DNA of 61,806 nt from assembly GCA_011109175.1 (NCBI GenBank), contig RDEW01000011.1, positions 1,172,877-1,234,682 of the forward strand, given 5' to 3'. The translations under genes were made by a program, and so were the position numbers. Positions 55,592-61,806 of this stretch are shown here, piece after piece; the first letter of the stretch is position 1; every line of letters starts with the position of its first letter. Under the pieces are notes generated by a model. It did no database searches and was not told where the DNA came from. It saw nothing but the letters and a program-made list of their open reading frames with translations. The DNA is from Dicyema japonicum (lineage: Eukaryota; Animalia; Dicyemida).

Positions 55592-57499
55592 CTCAATAAC
55601 TAAATATTAACGTTACACTGTTTTCATTTCTCCATTATAGTAGCTTTACTACAAAACATCTTGGTCATTGCGTCACTCTGTTATAACTACCAGCATCATT
55701 GTGTCCCCAACTTTTCTATAACTTTTATATCGCAATAACTAAGAAGACTCTCAAGCAAAGGAATCCTAGTTAGGAGTTCAGGCTTTTTTAAACAATGTTA
55801 TTTCGATTGTCCCCAGTATTAGTTAATTCAGAGCTTGAGAAGCCATCTTCGACATTCAAAGAGATATATGGGGAAGAGAGGAATATAACTACATATCTGG
55901 GAAAATAGGACTGCTCTTTCTTTTGATTGGAATCCTGGTATTAACATTCAGAAATCATTTCGTCTAAGGCTGACGGGATGTGCTTTCCACGGTTGTTGTT
56001 TAGTTGAGACCACAACCAATAGGCATTCGAATCACCACACAGGTCTTAAACCCACATAGTCTCGATATACTTAGAATATATGAGGTTGAACCGAGATTTG
56101 GCCAAAAAGCTGAAACACCCTACCCTATCAAAGTAACCCGTGGGGTAGGGGAGATCGAATGGTTTTTATACCCAGTTGTTACTAAGGGTCACCACAATCA
56201 ATGATGGATTAGATTGAGGAGACAATAAACATGGGCAAGCATATACGAAATCAACTATGGTTTGACGAACACAGTTTGTTCATATATTATAACATTAAAT
56301 TGTCATGTGGCTCATCGATGACGTAGGCATTTGGAAGAAAAGAGCTACAATTTCCCTATCCTTATAAGATGGACCAACAAGGAAGGCTTATGCCGTTGTG
56401 TAGATGTTGGTGCAAACCCTGGATCTGCTAGAATAGTTCATATATTAGAAAAAAATAAGATGTGGGTCAGATATTGAAATTTTAATTATTGCAAATATTT
56501 TTAATAATACAAATTACATGGACGTCCTATTTGTCTTCCATGTAGAAAAGTCTAGCTACCACAAGTTTGATCATATGGACTTTTCGACACCACCATCCAC
56601 CAATTGTTCAGAAACTGATTAAATATCCCAAAGATTTACTTATCAGAAAATTTGAGATTAAATCTGATTATCTCTAAATACTCAAGAGATCTACTGACCC
56701 CCACCGCTCGTGACGTGCCACAAGTCAATTTTAAAGAAAAACTCCTAAGTGTGGTTGAATGACTGTTAAGGATGCCCTTTTCAAAACAGGAGTATTCGAA
56801 TAGGAATAGCTCAGCGATTTGGGTTGGATGTTCTCTCGCAGCAAGATTGGCCATAATAAGCGATTACAACAATTTATATTGAAGCACAACGTTTCCCTTC
56901 ACTTTACCATTGATGATTGTGGCTATTTCCTATTCGAATCTGTTGTACTAGACAGATGATAGCAATGGAGGTACAAAATGACGTGGAGCAAAAGGAAGCA
57001 TCTTATATGGATTCTACTTGCACATAAAACTTTTTAAAACTCGAGATTGTGAAAGGTCTGAGGTTTCAAGAGNCACAACGTTTCCCTTCACTTTACTATT
57101 GATGATTGTGGCTATTTCCTATTCGAATCTGTTGTACTAGACAGATGATAGCAATGGAGGTACAAAATGACGTGAAGCAAAAGGAAGCATCTTATATGGA
57201 TTCTACTTGCACATAAAACTTCCCAAAACTCGAGATTGTAAAAGGTCTGAGGTTTCAAGAGTCGAAGATACTAATGAGAGGAAATACTACGAACTGATGG
57301 ACAGGTCTTTCATACAACAGATCATATGGTGACTTCAGGAATGCTTGCTCTCAGTACTTTGTAGTTGAGACAGGCCGACAATGAGAGTTATAGACTAACA
57401 GAGACGGCATCTTGAACCCATAATAGGCTTAGAATATTCTCGTATCTCGGATAGTTTATTGAGGTGTCTGACGAATACTTTACCAATACAATCGTGATG

Positions 57500-58200
57500 T
57501 GGCCTTGATGTGTTAAACCCTTAAGCGATAAATTGCGTGAAACAATCAAGATAAAATTGTTGAGCCGAAAATTGTGATGAAATCTTGATAATATTTTAAA
57601 TACATTCTAAAAATACTGGAGAGGGAACGGTGGATTTTTTGTTTCCGTAATAGAATTCGTGTAGATTGTGTGTTTAATGTGAGAGCTTCAGCTCTATGTG
57701 ATCAAGTCATGGCTTTTAGTTTTGAGCCATTGAGATTCCTATTAGGGGTCATTCAAAGTAAACACGATCCAGTCATTTGATTTTAGGCTTAATTTTCTTC
57801 AGATAGACTTGGTGGTCCTTCAAAAAGTTTTTGTGAGATGCAGAGGCATAACACTTCATCAGAGAATTTGGTAGTGTTCGCGCATAGACATACTCTGTGA
57901 TATCCTCGTAGGGGATTCCGTCACACACAATAGTAAGTAAACCTCCTCCAAGTTTTCCGTGCCTGTCACGTCTAATTACCGAGAAACCAAGAAACTTCGG
58001 TGTTAGATTCCACTTTGGGGTTGGGTTCTTGTAATAGTAAGATATAATATGTCACATGCTCCTCCAAGTTTTCCGTGCCTGTCACGTCTAATTACCGAGA
58101 AACCAAGGAACTTCGGTGTTAGATTCCACTTTGGGGTTGGGTTCTTGTAATAGTAAGATATAATATGTCACATGGCCGACTGGTTACGCCTGGGTAGACG
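57500..58200 (-). mobile_element. APE endonuclease relic of a LINE
   Basis: DRHGKLGGGLLTIV motif on the minus strand. Confidence 0.6.
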
Positions 58201-58489
58201 GTTACATTCATTGACCTTGAAAATGATATCAGACTATCAGAATTTTAATTTTTATGGTGGAAACCCTAAATTTTTAGCGTGTATTATTATATTTTATTGT
58301 AACGGTTTCTTACAGAGGTTTTGTGAAATTTTGAAATATGTTTTGCAAAATAATTTCATAATTAATGAAAGGTATTACGAGATTACGAGATTCCTCCGAA
58401 ACCTAGATGCCAGATTTCCTCCAATTGGGAAATATGGACTGTAGGAGTTGCAAAAATTAAAAAAATAGTTATTTTTTACAAAAGGAAAA

Positions 58490-61020
58490 CTTTATTTATT
58501 TAACCCAAAACCACGGTAAAACAAAACTAATTATCACGTGATCCAGATGCATTCTAACATAGACCTCATCTTTGCCCGTTGTTCTTCTTTCGTCCCAGCG
58601 CATGAACGTACAGGACGGCTGCCTGAATTTTCAGGGCCAACTTCCCGTGATCTGGAGTTTAGTCTCATAATGGCCTCCAGAGGCGTAGGTCCGAGTCGAT
58701 GATCTTCACAAATCCAACGCTTCGTTACTCTGTAAGCCCTCTTTTGCATTTCCTCATATTTGTCCAAGAAATGAACGGTCTTCACGAGGCGAAACATGGT
58801 TCAATGTACTGTTTGTACACGTTCATCAAGACTGGGTGAGTACCACTCTTCCATATTCCCGATAAACTTTTCAATACGTTCAGTTTCTTTTCCCATTTCA
58901 ATAGAATGTTTTCTACGTGAGGTGTCAGAGATGCACATCAAGTGTCACACCTAATATCCCTTGACATCTGTTGAAAGGGATGTCGACCTTGTTTGACTTC
59001 AAGGTGACTGTCTTCTTTCCCAATCTTTTTTCAGAGGTAAATAGTGACGTAGACGACTTCTCTGCATTCACCACGAGCCGGTTTTTCATTATCCAGGCAT
59101 TTAGCCTGTCCAGGTTAATTTGTATTCTTTCTGTGGTCCTCTGGATGACCTGATCTCGCAAAGCCAACACAATATCATGCGCATAAGAAAGTAGAACATC
59201 ATTATCAGACTCAAGACTCGGGATATCAGCCAGAAAGAGATTAAACAGAGCAGGGAATAAAGGCGATCCNATTATCAGACTCAAGACTCGGGATATCAGC
59301 CAGAAAGAGATTAAACAGAGCAGGGGATAAAAGCGATCCTTGAGGGACTCCGTTTGGGAGGAGCCGTGAGATTGATTTCAGACCTCCGAGGCAAACACGT
59401 CCCCTTCGTCCACTCAAGACTCGGGATATTAGCCAGAAAGAGGTTAAACAGAGCAGGGAATAAAGGCGATCCTTGAGGAACTCCGTTTGGGAGGAGCCGT
59501 GAGATTGATTTCAGACCTCCGAGGCAAACACGTCCCCTTCGTCCACTTAGGAAGTTAATAATCCAAAGCTTTAGCTTCCCTGGGATCTCTGATTGAAATA
59601 TTTTTCTCGAAAGAATCTTCCTCGAGACTGAGTCAAAAGCTTTATGTATGTCGATCGAGCAGAGCACTGTTTTAAAGTGTCTCGGCTTGGTTGTGAATCC
59701 GACTCGAATGAATTTGGTCAATGTTTGCAAGTATGTAGACGTGGATCTCTCATTTTTGAATCCATGTTGAAAAGTCTTTTCTGGTAAAAATTCTTTTACT
59801 CTCCCGAGCACAAGTCTATCCAGAATTTTTGACATTGAACATAGCAGTGACACCGATCTAAAAGACGTTGGGTCCTCTCTAGATCTTCCTGGTTTCAGTA
59901 CTGGCCGTATTAGAGCCTGTTTCCATTACAACGGTATCACATTCTGATTAATTTAATAGTTGAAAATCGACGTTAGGAAAGTGACTCCTCCGTCTCCAAG
60001 ATTTTTTAATAAGATAACAGGAATGTTGTCTGGTCCGTGGGATATGTCGTTTTTACGGAATGTATTGTATCCCTTACCTCTCTCAGAAAAGAAGAGTGGT
60101 TCTGATATTTTCTTTAGTTTCCTGCGTGATGGTAGTGTATCAGACTTCATGTGCTCTTTGTGTGAAATTTTAGTTGTTCACATCACTTTGAACATAATCA
60201 TCCTCTGTTGAAATTTCATCGCCTTTTGCCACATTTCGAATAGCTTTCCAAACCTCTCCCGTAGTGCGATTTCTATTTACCATTGTAAGCACACGATTCC
60301 ACTTTAACCTCTGGGCCTTGAGCTCTTTGGCCTTTATTTCATTATTCAATGTTCTGATCCGGAGTTTCATATTTAAGGTTATCCGGTTAGATTTTTTAAG
60401 CCGATTTCTTTCTTTAATCAAGGCCGTCTTCCCTCGACCACTCGACGAATTTAATTAATGTTTGGATATAGCCCTTGATCTTGCTTCCAAGATTTTTTGG
60501 GTAAAGTAGGTGATGGCATTCTCCAGAGAATTGATGCTATTCAAGTAGCAATTCTTCATTTTATCTTCTGAGATTTCAGGTACAATTTCCAGTTAGCACA
60601 TTTGTAATTGTAACTACTAGGAATTCTTTTGATCTTCACGACAATTGGATTATGGTCGCTTCTTATTTTGTAGAAGACTGACCAATCAATTATTGATGAA
60701 AGTGACGATGAGCAGAGTGTTACGTCCGGTGAAGTAGGTTTATTTGTCTCTCTCAGTGGTGTCCTTGTATTTCTCGATGGATTATTCAATAGGAAGTCCG
60801 TTTGCGATAATAATAGTTTCCCTCTCATGTCAGCTAGTTGAGTTACGGAGATTTCAAGTTCTTTTTGAATAAAGTGAGCAGACCTTTACCTTTTTTTTCT
60901 CTACAGTCCTTCCTGATAGTTTTGTTTCCTGGGAATGTATGGGTAGGATCATTAAAAGATAGTTTGGTCTCTTGAATCATCGCAACGTTAATCTTTTGAC
61001 AATCCAGGAGTGAGTGAAGT
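58490..61020 (-). mobile_element. Decayed APE+RT LINE (same family as 7.5 and 31-34 kb)
   Basis: TSPDVT, SDHNP, HGPDNI, FQHGF, IDIHKAFDSV, GVPQGSP, ILGVTLD; C-terminus ...WIT* and tail. Confidence 0.92.
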
Positions 61021-61806
61021 TCCCNCTAGTTGAGTTACGTAGATTTCAAGTTCTTTTTGAATAGAGTGAGCATTAGGTGCCCCCTGGGCGTTTCCAAATC
61101 CTTTTGAATTAGTAGACCACATGACGCCACGCCAAATTTAAACTTGTATTAATGAAAAAATGAACACGTGGTCAGAGACCGACAACCTTGACTCCGTCGT
61201 TAATAATAGTTAATTAATGAAATCGTTTTTTAACTAAATATATTAATTGATAGATTAAAATTAGTGAAGGTTCAAGGATAGGAAACCATCTAAATGTAAC
61301 CAGTGGGCCATTTGACATAATATGATGTCTTTTTGTGAGGTTCCTAAGTTTAATGATCCTTTTCGTGGCTCCATTAATATTCAATTGATAATTAATAGTG
61401 GCTCTGGGTTCGACTTAATATCCTCACATATGTCTTCCTTGTTGCTCCATGTTATTCGTAGGATATGAAATGGGCTTTTTTTAAATACCATTTTATTCAA
61501 GACCACTTTTAAACTCAGAACTAAGTGATCCCACACGTTCCACAATGCCCTTAGCACGTCACAGTGATTCTCTCTTGAGTCCATACAAGCAGGTACTGGA
61601 CGGTCTGTTTATATGTAGAATATAGGACTGGATAGATTCTAGTCTCTAATATCAAGAGAGACTTTTTCAGGAGGTGATTTCAGAATTTTCTGGCATTTGC
61701 TAAATAAAATATCAGCTAAAAGCTAGTTTTATGTCAAAAGTGAATACATGGATGACATAAGGAAGAAGTGGAAAAGAGCTTTTTAGTCGCTCCTATGTAC
61801 ACAAAA

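Noticed and set aside
56200-56860. Weak similarity between inverted decayed peptides (NIKLSCGSS / SLKLTCGTS) and an RPICLP motif
   Set aside because: Too short and degenerate to assign to a gene or element.

Overview
AT-rich eukaryotic scaffold (about one third GC by eye) from a draft assembly, with two large N gaps and many single-N overlap joins. The gene content is animal (STAT, ELMO, myosin-II fragment, CIB, GLIPR1-like). Ten compact host genes were reconstructed by hand: GH31 alpha-glucosidase, a small SAP-domain protein, ELMO, CAP/GLIPR1, mS23, AP-2 mu, a divergent Rab5-like GTPase, CIB, a DHHC palmitoyltransferase and STAT. They are cut by roughly 75 introns, nearly all 21-27 nt, which fits a reduced parasite such as a dicyemid mesozoan (inference only). 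Intergenic DNA is mostly decayed retrotransposons (APE-type LINEs, RTE, CRE-like, RLE-type), a tRNA-derived SINE family and hAT relics, one with intact TIRs and an 8-bp TSD. The strongest signals are: (1) three short introns best read as GT-TG, plus one GC-AG; (2) an excess of the palindrome CACGTG/CCACGTGG concentrated in host genes and their introns; (3) one long intron in AP2M1 at the vertebrate microexon position; (4) a STAT SH2 with altered phosphate ligands; (5) a Rab5-derived pseudo-GTPase. All gene models are manual and lack transcript support.
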